Origin: Candidatus Latescibacterota bacterium
GTDB lineage: Bacteria; Latescibacterota; UBA2968; UBA8231
Direction of reading: 5' to 3'
DNA: 64,000 bases
Assembly (NCBI GenBank): GCA_964291625.2
Contig: OZ220089.1
Coordinates: 3,232,001-3,296,000, forward strand
How positions within the stretch are numbered: position 1 is the first letter of the stretch; every line of letters begins with the position of its first letter. Position numbers and translations under genes: made by a program. The notes beneath the pieces are model-generated. The model was not told the DNA's origin. It did not search any database and was given only the letters and a program-made list of their open reading frames with translations. Of the stretch, positions 38,071-46,269 are shown in pieces.

Positions 38071-39558
38071 ATGCTGACGAGACTCAAGGTTTCGGGGTTC
38101 AAGAACCTGGTGGACCTGGACGTTCGCTTCGGGCCCTTCACCTGCGTGGCCGGGCCCAACGGGGTGGGCAAGTCCAATCTCTTCGACGCGATCCGGTTTC
38201 TGAGCAACCTGACGACGATGACCCTGGCGGAAGCCGCGCTCTCGGTACGCGACGAGGACGCGAGGTCGACGGACGTACGCAGCCTCTTCCATCGGACAGG
38301 CGAGAGCTACGCCGAGGCGATGTCCCTGGAGGCGGAGATGCTGTTGCCCATGGAGGACTGGGATGACTTGGGTCAGAAGGCCGAGGCGACCATGACCTTC
38401 GTGCGCTATCGGCTGGTGCTGGGACTGAGAGAGGACGCCGATCGAGCCGGCGGCCCGGGGCTGGAGATCCGGCATGAGGAGCTGACGCACATCCGCAAGG
38501 GGTCCGCTCCCGGGAACCTGCCCTTCGCCCACGGCAAGTCGAAGTGGAGGGACAGCGTGCTGCACGGCCGGCGGCAACCACCCTTCATCTCCACGGAGAG
38601 TCGCGGAGGACAGCGGGTTATCCGCCTGCACCAGGACGGCGGCAGCCGGGGCAGGCAGGTTCCTTTCCCGGCGGAGACCCTGCCGAGAACGGTGCTGTCG
38701 TCGACCACGGCCGAGAGTCCCACGGCCCTTGTCGCTCGCCGGGAGATGGAGTCCTGGCGGCTGCTGCAGCTCGAGCCCTCGGCCATGAGGAAACCCGATT
38801 CCTTCAACGATCCCGACGAACTGGGGGCCGACGGCTCCCACCTCGCCGCCACACTCTACCGGCTCGGCCGTGGTGAGAGGCAGGAACGTGGCAACGGCCG
38901 GGAGGATGCGGAATCCAGGGTCCACGCGCAGATCGCCAACCGGCTGTCGGAGCTGGTCGAGGACGTCGCCGAGTTGCGCGTCGAGCAGGACGAGCGACGG
39001 GAGCTGCTGACGGTCAACGTGCGCATGCGGGACGGGACCGAGCATCCGGCCCGGGCCCTGTCGGACGGGACCCTTCGGTTCCTGGCGCTGTCGGTGCTGG
39101 AGCTGGACCCGCAATGCCGGGGAGTGCTCTGCCTGGAGGAGCCGGAGAACGGGATCCACCCCGAGCGCATTCCGGCGATGCTGTCCCTGCTTCAGGACAT
39201 TGCCACGGACACGCAGGAGCCGGTGGGTGACGACAACCCGCTGCGGCAGGTGATCGTCAACACCCATTCGCCGGCCGTGGTGTCCCAGGTCCCCGAAGAC
39301 AGTTTGCTCGTGGCCGAGTCGAAGGAAATGGTCAAGGGCGAAGAGCGTTTCGACCGGCTTTCCTGCTCCTGTCTCCGCGGCACCTGGAGAGCCGCTGAAA
39401 ACGGTGGGGAGGAGGTCTCGCTCGGAAAGCTGCTGTCCTACCTGAATCCGGTGCTCTCGAAGGCAGCCCAAGCAGGGGACGGGCTGGGGGGATCGACCAG
39501 GGTGATCGACCGCTCCGACGTGCAGATGCTGATGCCCTTCGATGGGCACGAGGGTTGA
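38071..39558 (+). CDS. ABC-type AAA ATPase (AAA_21/AAA_15-like, defence-associated)
   Basis: GFKNL, Walker A GPNGVGKS, signature LSDGT, Walker B LEEPENGIHP, H-loop NTHSP; no transmembrane partner. Confidence 0.88.
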   Translation: MLTRLKVSGFKNLVDLDVRFGPFTCVAGPNGVGKSNLFDAIRFLSNLTTMTLAEAALSVRDEDARSTDVRSLFHRTGESYAEAMSLEAEMLLPMEDWDDLGQKAEATMTFVRYRLVLGLREDADRAGGPGLEIRHEELTHIRKGSAPGNLPFAHGKSKWRDSVLHGRRQPPFISTESRGGQRVIRLHQDGGSRGRQVPFPAETLPRTVLSSTTAESPTALVARREMESWRLLQLEPSAMRKPDSFNDPDELGADGSHLAATLYRLGRGERQERGNGREDAESRVHAQIANRLSELVEDVAELRVEQDERRELLTVNVRMRDGTEHPARALSDGTLRFLALSVLELDPQCRGVLCLEEPENGIHPERIPAMLSLLQDIATDTQEPVGDDNPLRQVIVNTHSPAVVSQVPEDSLLVAESKEMVKGEERFDRLSCSCLRGTWRAAENGGEEVSLGKLLSYLNPVLSKAAQAGDGLGGSTRVIDRSDVQMLMPFDGHEG

Positions 39559-40193
39559 AGGAACTCCGCTGTACGCTACTGACCGATGGTCCCAGTGACC
39601 GGGCGCTGATCCCGATACTGGAATGGCTGCTGCGACAGCAAATCGCCTTGGGGGTCGAGATCACCTGGGCGGACCTCCGACGCTTGAGTCCCCCTCCCAG
39701 GCACTTGGCCGCCCGAGTGGCCCAGGCCACCGAATTGTATCCATGCGATCTGCTCTTGGTGCATCGCGATGCGGAGGCCGAGCCGAGGGAGCGACGCCTG
39801 GCGGAGATCGAGGAGGCCGTGTCCGCGGTTGAAGCTTGGGATCGTGACCGCACGGTGGCTGTGGTGCCGGAGCGCATGACGGAGGCGTGGCTGCTGATCG
39901 ACGAGGCCGCGCTGCGCAGCGCGGCGGGGGATCCGCGAGGGACGGTTCCTCTTGCCATGCCCGCGGTGCAGCAGTTGGAGAGGCTTCCCGACCCCAAGAG
40001 GACTCTGCATGATCTCATCAGTACCGCCAGCGGCCTCCCGGGGCGCCGCCTGCGCAGATTCAGGATGGATCAGGCCGTCCATCGCCTGGCCCAAGGGATT
40101 GAGGACTACTCCCCGCTGCGACAACTGGCCGCCTTCAGGGCCCTGGAGGAAGAGGTCGGACGGATCACCAAAGCGAAAGGTTGGCACCGATGA
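39555..40193 (+). CDS. Partner of the ATPase; putative TOPRIM-like nuclease (DUF4276/RloB-like)
   Basis: Overlaps the ATPase stop; LLTDGPSD, VHRDAE, MTEAWLL, DPK motifs. Confidence 0.6.
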   Translation: MKELRCTLLTDGPSDRALIPILEWLLRQQIALGVEITWADLRRLSPPPRHLAARVAQATELYPCDLLLVHRDAEAEPRERRLAEIEEAVSAVEAWDRDRTVAVVPERMTEAWLLIDEAALRSAAGDPRGTVPLAMPAVQQLERLPDPKRTLHDLISTASGLPGRRLRRFRMDQAVHRLAQGIEDYSPLRQLAAFRALEEEVGRITKAKGWHR

Positions 40194-41821
40194 TGAACCG
40201 CTCCGACGCCGGTCAACTCCAGTACTTCCGCTCCCCGGTGGACGGCCGCCTCCACCCGTACGCCGTCTGCGCCACCGATACGGGTCCGGAGCCGAAGCCG
40301 CTGCTCATCGAGGTCAGCCCCGGCGCCATGAGCGACCTGCCCGGGGCCGTGGCCCTCACCGAGGAGATGGCGGCCATCGCCGCGGCGGCGGGCCGGTCCT
40401 GCGTGGTCCTGCGGCCCACGGGGCGCGGACCCGGCTCGGTCTACCAGAACTACGGCGAGGTCGACGTCCTCGAGGCGATCGAGCATGTCGCCGCCCACCA
40501 CGCGATCGACCGGGACCGCATCAGCATCACCGGCGCCTCCATGGGCGGCGCCGCCGTCTGGTACCTGGTCTCCCACTACCCCGACCTCTTCGCCGCGGCG
40601 GCGCCCTTCTGCGGGTACTGCGACTACCGGCTGTGGGAGAAGCCCGGCGGCCTCAGCTTCCACATGCACCCATGGGAGGAAGCCTCATGGCAGTCCCGCT
40701 CGGCCGCCTTCCTGGTGGACAACCTGCGGCACACGCCGCTGTGGATCGTCCACGGGGAGTGGGACCGCGCCGTGGGGGGCGGCGTGCCGGTGGCGCACTC
40801 GCGCCAGATGGCGGAGCTGCTGGCCGAGAGGGGGTTCCCCCACACCTACACCGAGGTCCCCGCCACCGGCCACGACTGCCGCACGCCGGAGATCTGGAAG
40901 CGGGTGATCCCCTGGCTGCTGGACCAGCGCCGGCCCGGCAGCCCGGAGCATGTATCCCTGGTCGCCCACACCCTGCGCCACAACCGCTGCCACTGGGTGG
41001 AGATCGATCAGTTCGCCAGTTGTGACTCACCCGGCGAGGTGGACGCCCACCGGTCCGGAGATCACCTGACGGTGAGCACGGAGGGGGTCCGCGCTCTGTC
41101 TCTGGGTCCCCTGGAGGCGGGAGCCGCCCCGGAGGTGGTCCTCGACGGCCAGGACCTCGGCCGCCTCGACGCGGGCCTCCGCCAGTCCTTCCGCCTCCGA
41201 CCGGACGGCGCCTGGGAGAGGGGCGCCGGCCCCCTGGAGAGCCAGAAGCGGCACGGGTGCTCCGGCCCCATGGGGGACCTGTTCTTCGACGGCCTGCTGC
41301 TGGTGCCCGGGACCGCCGGCTCGGAGGAGGGGGGCTTCTTCAACGAGTGGGTGGCCGGCCACGCCGCCGCGTACTTCCGCAGCCGCAACGGCGGCGTCCA
41401 CCGCGGCGGCATCATGGGCGAGAACACGGTCGATCTTCCCATCGTCCGGGACGCGGACCTGAGCGACGAGGACCGCGACGGCCACAACCTGCTGCTCTAC
41501 GGGACCCCCGCAAGCAACTCGGTGATGGCCGAGTTCGCCGAGCACCTGCCCGTGGCCTTCGAGGACGGCGCCGTCCGCCTGGGGGGCCGCCTCTACAGGG
41601 GCGATGGCGCGGCCGTCTTCGCCCTCTTCCCCCACCCCCGCCACCCGCGGCGCTACGTCGCCGTCCACGGCGGCGCCACGCCCGACGCCGTCTGCTGGGG
41701 CAGCCACCTGGACATGCAGCTGCTGCCCGACTACCTCGTCTACGCCGGGGGCGAGGTCCTGGACTGGGGCTTCTGGGACAACGACTGGAGCTCGATTCAG
41801 CCGGTGATGAAGTCGAGGTAG
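40190..41821 (+). CDS. Alpha/beta-hydrolase (prolyl oligopeptidase/esterase-like)
   Basis: GEVDVLEAI, IDRDRISITGASMGG nucleophile elbow, HGEWD, GH; ATG overlaps the upstream stop. Confidence 0.85.
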   Translation: MMNRSDAGQLQYFRSPVDGRLHPYAVCATDTGPEPKPLLIEVSPGAMSDLPGAVALTEEMAAIAAAAGRSCVVLRPTGRGPGSVYQNYGEVDVLEAIEHVAAHHAIDRDRISITGASMGGAAVWYLVSHYPDLFAAAAPFCGYCDYRLWEKPGGLSFHMHPWEEASWQSRSAAFLVDNLRHTPLWIVHGEWDRAVGGGVPVAHSRQMAELLAERGFPHTYTEVPATGHDCRTPEIWKRVIPWLLDQRRPGSPEHVSLVAHTLRHNRCHWVEIDQFASCDSPGEVDAHRSGDHLTVSTEGVRALSLGPLEAGAAPEVVLDGQDLGRLDAGLRQSFRLRPDGAWERGAGPLESQKRHGCSGPMGDLFFDGLLLVPGTAGSEEGGFFNEWVAGHAAAYFRSRNGGVHRGGIMGENTVDLPIVRDADLSDEDRDGHNLLLYGTPASNSVMAEFAEHLPVAFEDGAVRLGGRLYRGDGAAVFALFPHPRHPRRYVAVHGGATPDAVCWGSHLDMQLLPDYLVYAGGEVLDWGFWDNDWSSIQPVMKSR

Positions 41822-42945
41822 TTCCCCGGGTGAACCACCCGGAAGGAGCTGTCCGGGTAAGCCTTGCGCCAACCGCCGGGCGCGCGGACCCCGGCCCGGC
41901 CGGACCACTTCATCTCCGCCGCCTCGAGGCGCCCGCCCCACTCCTCGACGAGGTCGATCTCCTGCTGATCGTAGGTGCGCCAGAAGCGGCTCTCCACCAG
42001 TCGGCCCGTGTAGAGGTTGTGCTTCATCCGCTCCACGACGACGTAGTTCTCCCACAGGGCGCCCGTGTCCTGCCGCAGGGACAGGGGGTTGAAGTTGTTG
42101 ATCAGGCCGTTTCGCAGGCCGTTGTCGTAGAAGTAGTAGCGCCGGCTCTTGGTGACCTCCTTGCGGAGATTGCGGCTGAAGCCTTGCCGGCTGTAGACGA
42201 CATAGGCTTTCTCCAGCAGGTCGAGGTAGCGATCGACGGTGTTCCGGGTCATGCCGAGGTGGGTCCCCAGTTCCGCCACCGAAACCTCCCGGCCGATCTG
42301 GAAGGCGAGCAGCTGCAGCAGGCGCTGCAGCTTGTCGGCATGCCGTACGCCCTCCAGCTGCAGGATGTCTTTCAGGAGATAGGAGGCGATCAGCTCCTTG
42401 ATGTAGAGCTCGCGATCCTCGTTCGAATCCATGAGAACGACCTCGGGATAGGATCCGTAGATCAGCCGCAGCTCGAGCTGGGCCTTTGTCTCATGGGCTT
42501 CCTCCACTTCCTGGAGCTCCATCTGCGCGAGGGGGAGGAGCAGCAGCGTGTACTTGCGGCCCGTCAGGGGCTCGCCCGTCTGTTGGGCGAGGTCGAAGGA
42601 CGACGAGCCCGTGGCGATGATGCGGAGATCCTCCACGTGATCGGCCAGCAGCTTGAGGTTCAACCCGATATTCCGCACGTACTGGGCCTCGTCCACGATC
42701 AGTGTGCGCCGCCGCCCGACGAGAGCCTTCAGCCTGGACAGGGACTGGCTCTCCAGGTACTCGCGCACCGAGATGTCCTCGCCGGTCACCACCAGGGCCT
42801 CCCGGTCGTACTCTTGGGCATAGCGCCGGATGAGGGTGGTCTTCCCGACCCTCCTGGGGCCGTACACCACCACGACCTTGCCGGGAGCGACCAGACCCGT
42901 GAGGCGTGCCATCTGGGCCTGGGGGATGTAGGAATAATCACCCAT
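41797..42945 (-). CDS. ATP-binding protein, AAA_14 + DUF4143
   Basis: GPRRVGKT, IVDEAQ, TGSS, LTGR, GSYPE, YFYDNGLRN, LWEN, FWRT..QQEIDL, EMKW. Confidence 0.9.
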   Translation of the reverse strand: MGDYSYIPQAQMARLTGLVAPGKVVVVYGPRRVGKTTLIRRYAQEYDREALVVTGEDISVREYLESQSLSRLKALVGRRRTLIVDEAQYVRNIGLNLKLLADHVEDLRIIATGSSSFDLAQQTGEPLTGRKYTLLLLPLAQMELQEVEEAHETKAQLELRLIYGSYPEVVLMDSNEDRELYIKELIASYLLKDILQLEGVRHADKLQRLLQLLAFQIGREVSVAELGTHLGMTRNTVDRYLDLLEKAYVVYSRQGFSRNLRKEVTKSRRYYFYDNGLRNGLINNFNPLSLRQDTGALWENYVVVERMKHNLYTGRLVESRFWRTYDQQEIDLVEEWGGRLEAAEMKWSGRAGVRAPGGWRKAYPDSSFRVVHPGNYLDFITG

Positions 42946-42956
42946 AAACTGAACGA

Positions 42957-42983
42957 ATTAACGTTAATGTTGTCATTTGTCAA
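42957..42983. promoter_or_regulatory. Perfect 12-bp palindrome ATTAACGTTAAT (42957-42968) plus TTGACA on the minus strand (42978-42983) in the divergent intergenic region
   Basis: Directly visible AT-rich island in ~70% GC context. Confidence 0.45.
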
Positions 42984-43004
42984 TCCGAAATCTCCGAGGA
43001 CTCC

Positions 43005-43799
43005 ATGACCGATGTCACCCTGAGCGCCGACCAGATCCGCCGGTTCGAGGAGGACGGCTACCTCATCCTCGAGGACCAGCTCGATCCGGACCTCGTCGCG
43101 CGGGTCCTGCGGATCGCGCGCCGGGACCCGAAGCTGTCCGCCGACGCCAAGGGCAACCAGAACTACGAGGACGAGGGGCTCGATACCCGCCTGGCCTACC
43201 GTCCCGCCCTCGGCGACGATGCCTACAGCGCCCTGGCGCAGAGCCGCCGAATCATCGGGCCCCTGGAGCAGTTGTGGGGCGATCGCGTGCGCTACTACTA
43301 TCAGCTTCAGATGCTGAAGGACCCCCGGACGGGGGGATGGCAGTATCACCAGGACTACGGCTACCACTACCAGCAGTTCCTCTTCCCCGCCTTCGCCAGC
43401 GTCATGGTCGCCCTCGATCCGGCCACCCGCGCCAACGGCTGCCTCAAGGTGGTGCGCGGCTCCAACCGCCTGGGCCGGCTCGAGCACCAGTCCTCCGGCT
43501 CCCAGCTGATCACCGATCCCGGCCGCCTGGAGCTGGCCCTGCGGGAGCTGGAGGAGGTCCACTGCGAGCTGCAGCCGGGAGCGGTCCTCTACTTCCACGG
43601 CAACACCCTCCACGCCTCGGACCCCAACCTCAGCGAGCAGCCGCGCTGGTCGCTCATCTACGCGTACGTGGCCGCCTCCAACCCCTACGTCCTGCCCGAC
43701 TGGCCCGAGGACCAGTGCCCCCTCGTGGAGGTGTGGGAGGATGCCGAGGTCGAAGGCGCGGTGCGGGGCCACGAGGAGGCGCTGGGCCGACTCCCGTGA
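43005..43799 (+). CDS. Phytanoyl-CoA dioxygenase (PhyH) family Fe/2OG enzyme
   Basis: FEEDGYL, YHQD, VALD...NGCL, FHGNTLHAS..N...R; RBS GAGGA. Confidence 0.9.
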   Translation: MTDVTLSADQIRRFEEDGYLILEDQLDPDLVARVLRIARRDPKLSADAKGNQNYEDEGLDTRLAYRPALGDDAYSALAQSRRIIGPLEQLWGDRVRYYYQLQMLKDPRTGGWQYHQDYGYHYQQFLFPAFASVMVALDPATRANGCLKVVRGSNRLGRLEHQSSGSQLITDPGRLELALRELEEVHCELQPGAVLYFHGNTLHASDPNLSEQPRWSLIYAYVAASNPYVLPDWPEDQCPLVEVWEDAEVEGAVRGHEEALGRLP

Positions 43800-44683
43800 C
43801 GCGGCTCCAGCTCCTGTGCACGGGCACGCCCACGCCCCTGGCCCACCGCGGCGGCTCCAGCTACCTCGTCCGCGCGGGCGGGGAGACCCTGGTCTTCGAC
43901 TGCGGCCCGGCCTCGGTGCGGCGCATGCTCGAGGCCGGCGTCGAGCTGCCCTCGATCGACCACCTCTTCCTGACGCACCTGCACTACGACCACTGCGTCG
44001 ACTACGCCTACCTCGTGCTCACCCGCTGGGACCAGGGCGTCGGCCGGATCCCGGAGCTGCGCGTCTACGGCCCGCCGCCGACGGCGCACATGTCGCGGCG
44101 GCTGCTGGCCCCCGACGGCGCCTTCGGGCCGGACCTGGAGGCGCGCACCGTGCACCCGGGCAGCCACTTCGTGTACGAGGCCCGGGGCGGGGTCATGCCC
44201 CGGCGCAGGCCCGATCCCCAGGTGCGGGAGGTGGCCCACGGCGACCGCGTCGAGACCGCCGGCTGGCAGGTCGACGTGGCCGAGGTGGTCCACGTGCAGC
44301 CCCAGCTCACCTGCCTCGCCTACCGTCTGACCACGCCCGGCGGCACGATCGTCTTCGGCGGGGACACGGCGCCGGTGGAGAGCCTCACGGAGTTGGCTCG
44401 CGGCGCCGACGTGCTTCTGCACATGTGCCACTTCATCAACGGCGCCGAGGACGACGAGCGGATCACCGCCTGCTGCTCCGGACATCTCGACGCGGCGGCC
44501 ACGGCGAGGGACGCCGGCGTGAAGACGCTGGTCCTCGTCCACCTGACGGAGCAGCTGGAGACGCCCGGCGTGCAGGAGCGCGTTCTGCAAGAGGTGGGGG
44601 AGGTCTTCGGCGGCCAGGTGATCCTCGGGCAGGACCTGCTCGAGGTGCCTCTCGGGACGATCGCACCGGAAGCGTTGCGGTGA
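43796..44683 (+). CDS. MBL-fold metallo-hydrolase (RNase Z/arylsulfatase-like)
   Basis: GTGA overlap; CTGTP, FDCG, THLHYDH, GDT, DVLLH, LVH. Confidence 0.88.
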   Translation: MTRLQLLCTGTPTPLAHRGGSSYLVRAGGETLVFDCGPASVRRMLEAGVELPSIDHLFLTHLHYDHCVDYAYLVLTRWDQGVGRIPELRVYGPPPTAHMSRRLLAPDGAFGPDLEARTVHPGSHFVYEARGGVMPRRRPDPQVREVAHGDRVETAGWQVDVAEVVHVQPQLTCLAYRLTTPGGTIVFGGDTAPVESLTELARGADVLLHMCHFINGAEDDERITACCSGHLDAAATARDAGVKTLVLVHLTEQLETPGVQERVLQEVGEVFGGQVILGQDLLEVPLGTIAPEALR

Positions 44684-46269
44684 GCCCGCGCCCGCCCCCG
44701 CCCGACTACGGGATCATCCTCAACAACGACGGCGGCTACCTGAAGAACGCCGAGGTCCCCATCTCCGTGGAGGACCTGCTGGAGCGGATCTACGGACCCC
44801 TGGAGGGGACCCAGGTCGGCGCCCTGTCGTGGTGCGTGGGGGTCGAGGAGGCCCACTGGCCCTCGGAGCGGCTGTCCATGGTCGGCGAGGCCGAGGGCCG
44901 CCGCTACTTCTCGGTGAGCGACATGCGCCGGGCCGAGAGCCTGCGGGCGATGTTCGACGCCGGCGTCGATCTCTACGGCGCCATGGTGCGCCGCGGCCAC
45001 GAGTTGGGGCTCGGGGTGTATGCCTCGATCCGCATGAACGACAACCACTTCTGGTCCGACAAGGCCCGCCGCGCCCCGCCGCTGAAGCCCGAAGAGATGG
45101 CGGCCATCGACAGGCCCCATCTCACCGCCTTCCGCAAGAGCCACCCGGAGTGGGTCCTCGGCGCCGGCGCCCCGGCCTGGGCGGCCACGTCGTGGAACAT
45201 GGCCGTGCCCGAGGTCCGCGAGTACACCCTGCAGCGCATCGCCGAGGCCTGCGAGCTGGCGGACTGGGACGGCGTCGAGATCGACTGGGAGCGCCACGCC
45301 TTCCACCTGCCCGAGGAGGACGCCTGGCGACTGCGCCACACCCTCACCGACCTGCACCGCGAGGTCCGCCGCATCGGGGACGGGATCGCCGAAAGCCGCG
45401 GGCGGCCGTTCTTCGTGATCGTCCGCGCCGGCGCCTCCCGGGAGACGAACCGCCGCGTCGGCTACGACCTGGAGGCCTGGATCCAGGAAGGCCTGTGCGA
45501 CATCGTCGTCACCGGGGCCAACTCGGGGACCGATCCCGGCGTGGAGGTGGAGGCCTACCTGGAGATGATGCGCGGCACCGGGACACGGCTCTATCCCGGG
45601 TTCGACAGCCACGGCGAGTGGGGCCAGGGGCACCTGCTGCCGGCCGGCCGCTGGCGGGAGGCCTGGTTCCGCGGCCTGGCCGCCGGCTTCTACGAGCGCG
45701 GCGCCTCGGGGGTGCACCTGTTCAACTGGCACAGCCACGTGCTCAGGGTGAGGCCGCTGCTGCAGAGCCTCGGCGCGCCCGATACCCTGCGGCGCCGAGA
45801 CAAGGTCTACGCCGCCGTGAAGCGCCACATCCGCGACCGCGGCGAGCTGCGCTACGGCGCCGAGCGCGACGACCGGCTGGCCGGCGAGGTGCCCGTCGAC
45901 CTGCGGCCCTCGCCGGAGGGCGGAGGGCCGCGGTTCCACGTCGGGGTCTACGAGGACCTGTCCGGGGACGCGGCCCTGGAGCTGCAGGTCGACCTGGACC
46001 ACCTGGCTCCCCTGGACCGGGTCTTCGTGGAGCTGGACGGGCAGCGGCTGGGGGAGCCGGAGCGCCGCAGTCCGGCGGCCGGGGACGCGACGAATCCTGC
46101 GGACGTGTCGGAGAACACGTGGCTCGTCTGGCCGCTGGAGCCGTCCCGGGTGCGGAAGGGGGTCCACGTCGTGGGCATCGACCTCCTCGAGCGGGACCCG
46201 CGCCTGCGGCCGCCCGTGGTGGTGCAGAACGTGGAGATCCACGTCCGCTATCCCGGGGAGGCTGGATGA
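44680..46269 (+). CDS. Glycoside hydrolase-like (GHL10-like) protein, paralog of 3648-5303
   Basis: NNDG, SIRMNDNH, WNMAVPEVR, WDGVEIDW, GVHLFNW; GTGA overlap. Confidence 0.7.
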   Translation: MSPRPPPPDYGIILNNDGGYLKNAEVPISVEDLLERIYGPLEGTQVGALSWCVGVEEAHWPSERLSMVGEAEGRRYFSVSDMRRAESLRAMFDAGVDLYGAMVRRGHELGLGVYASIRMNDNHFWSDKARRAPPLKPEEMAAIDRPHLTAFRKSHPEWVLGAGAPAWAATSWNMAVPEVREYTLQRIAEACELADWDGVEIDWERHAFHLPEEDAWRLRHTLTDLHREVRRIGDGIAESRGRPFFVIVRAGASRETNRRVGYDLEAWIQEGLCDIVVTGANSGTDPGVEVEAYLEMMRGTGTRLYPGFDSHGEWGQGHLLPAGRWREAWFRGLAAGFYERGASGVHLFNWHSHVLRVRPLLQSLGAPDTLRRRDKVYAAVKRHIRDRGELRYGAERDDRLAGEVPVDLRPSPEGGGPRFHVGVYEDLSGDAALELQVDLDHLAPLDRVFVELDGQRLGEPERRSPAAGDATNPADVSENTWLVWPLEPSRVRKGVHVVGIDLLERDPRLRPPVVVQNVEIHVRYPGEAG

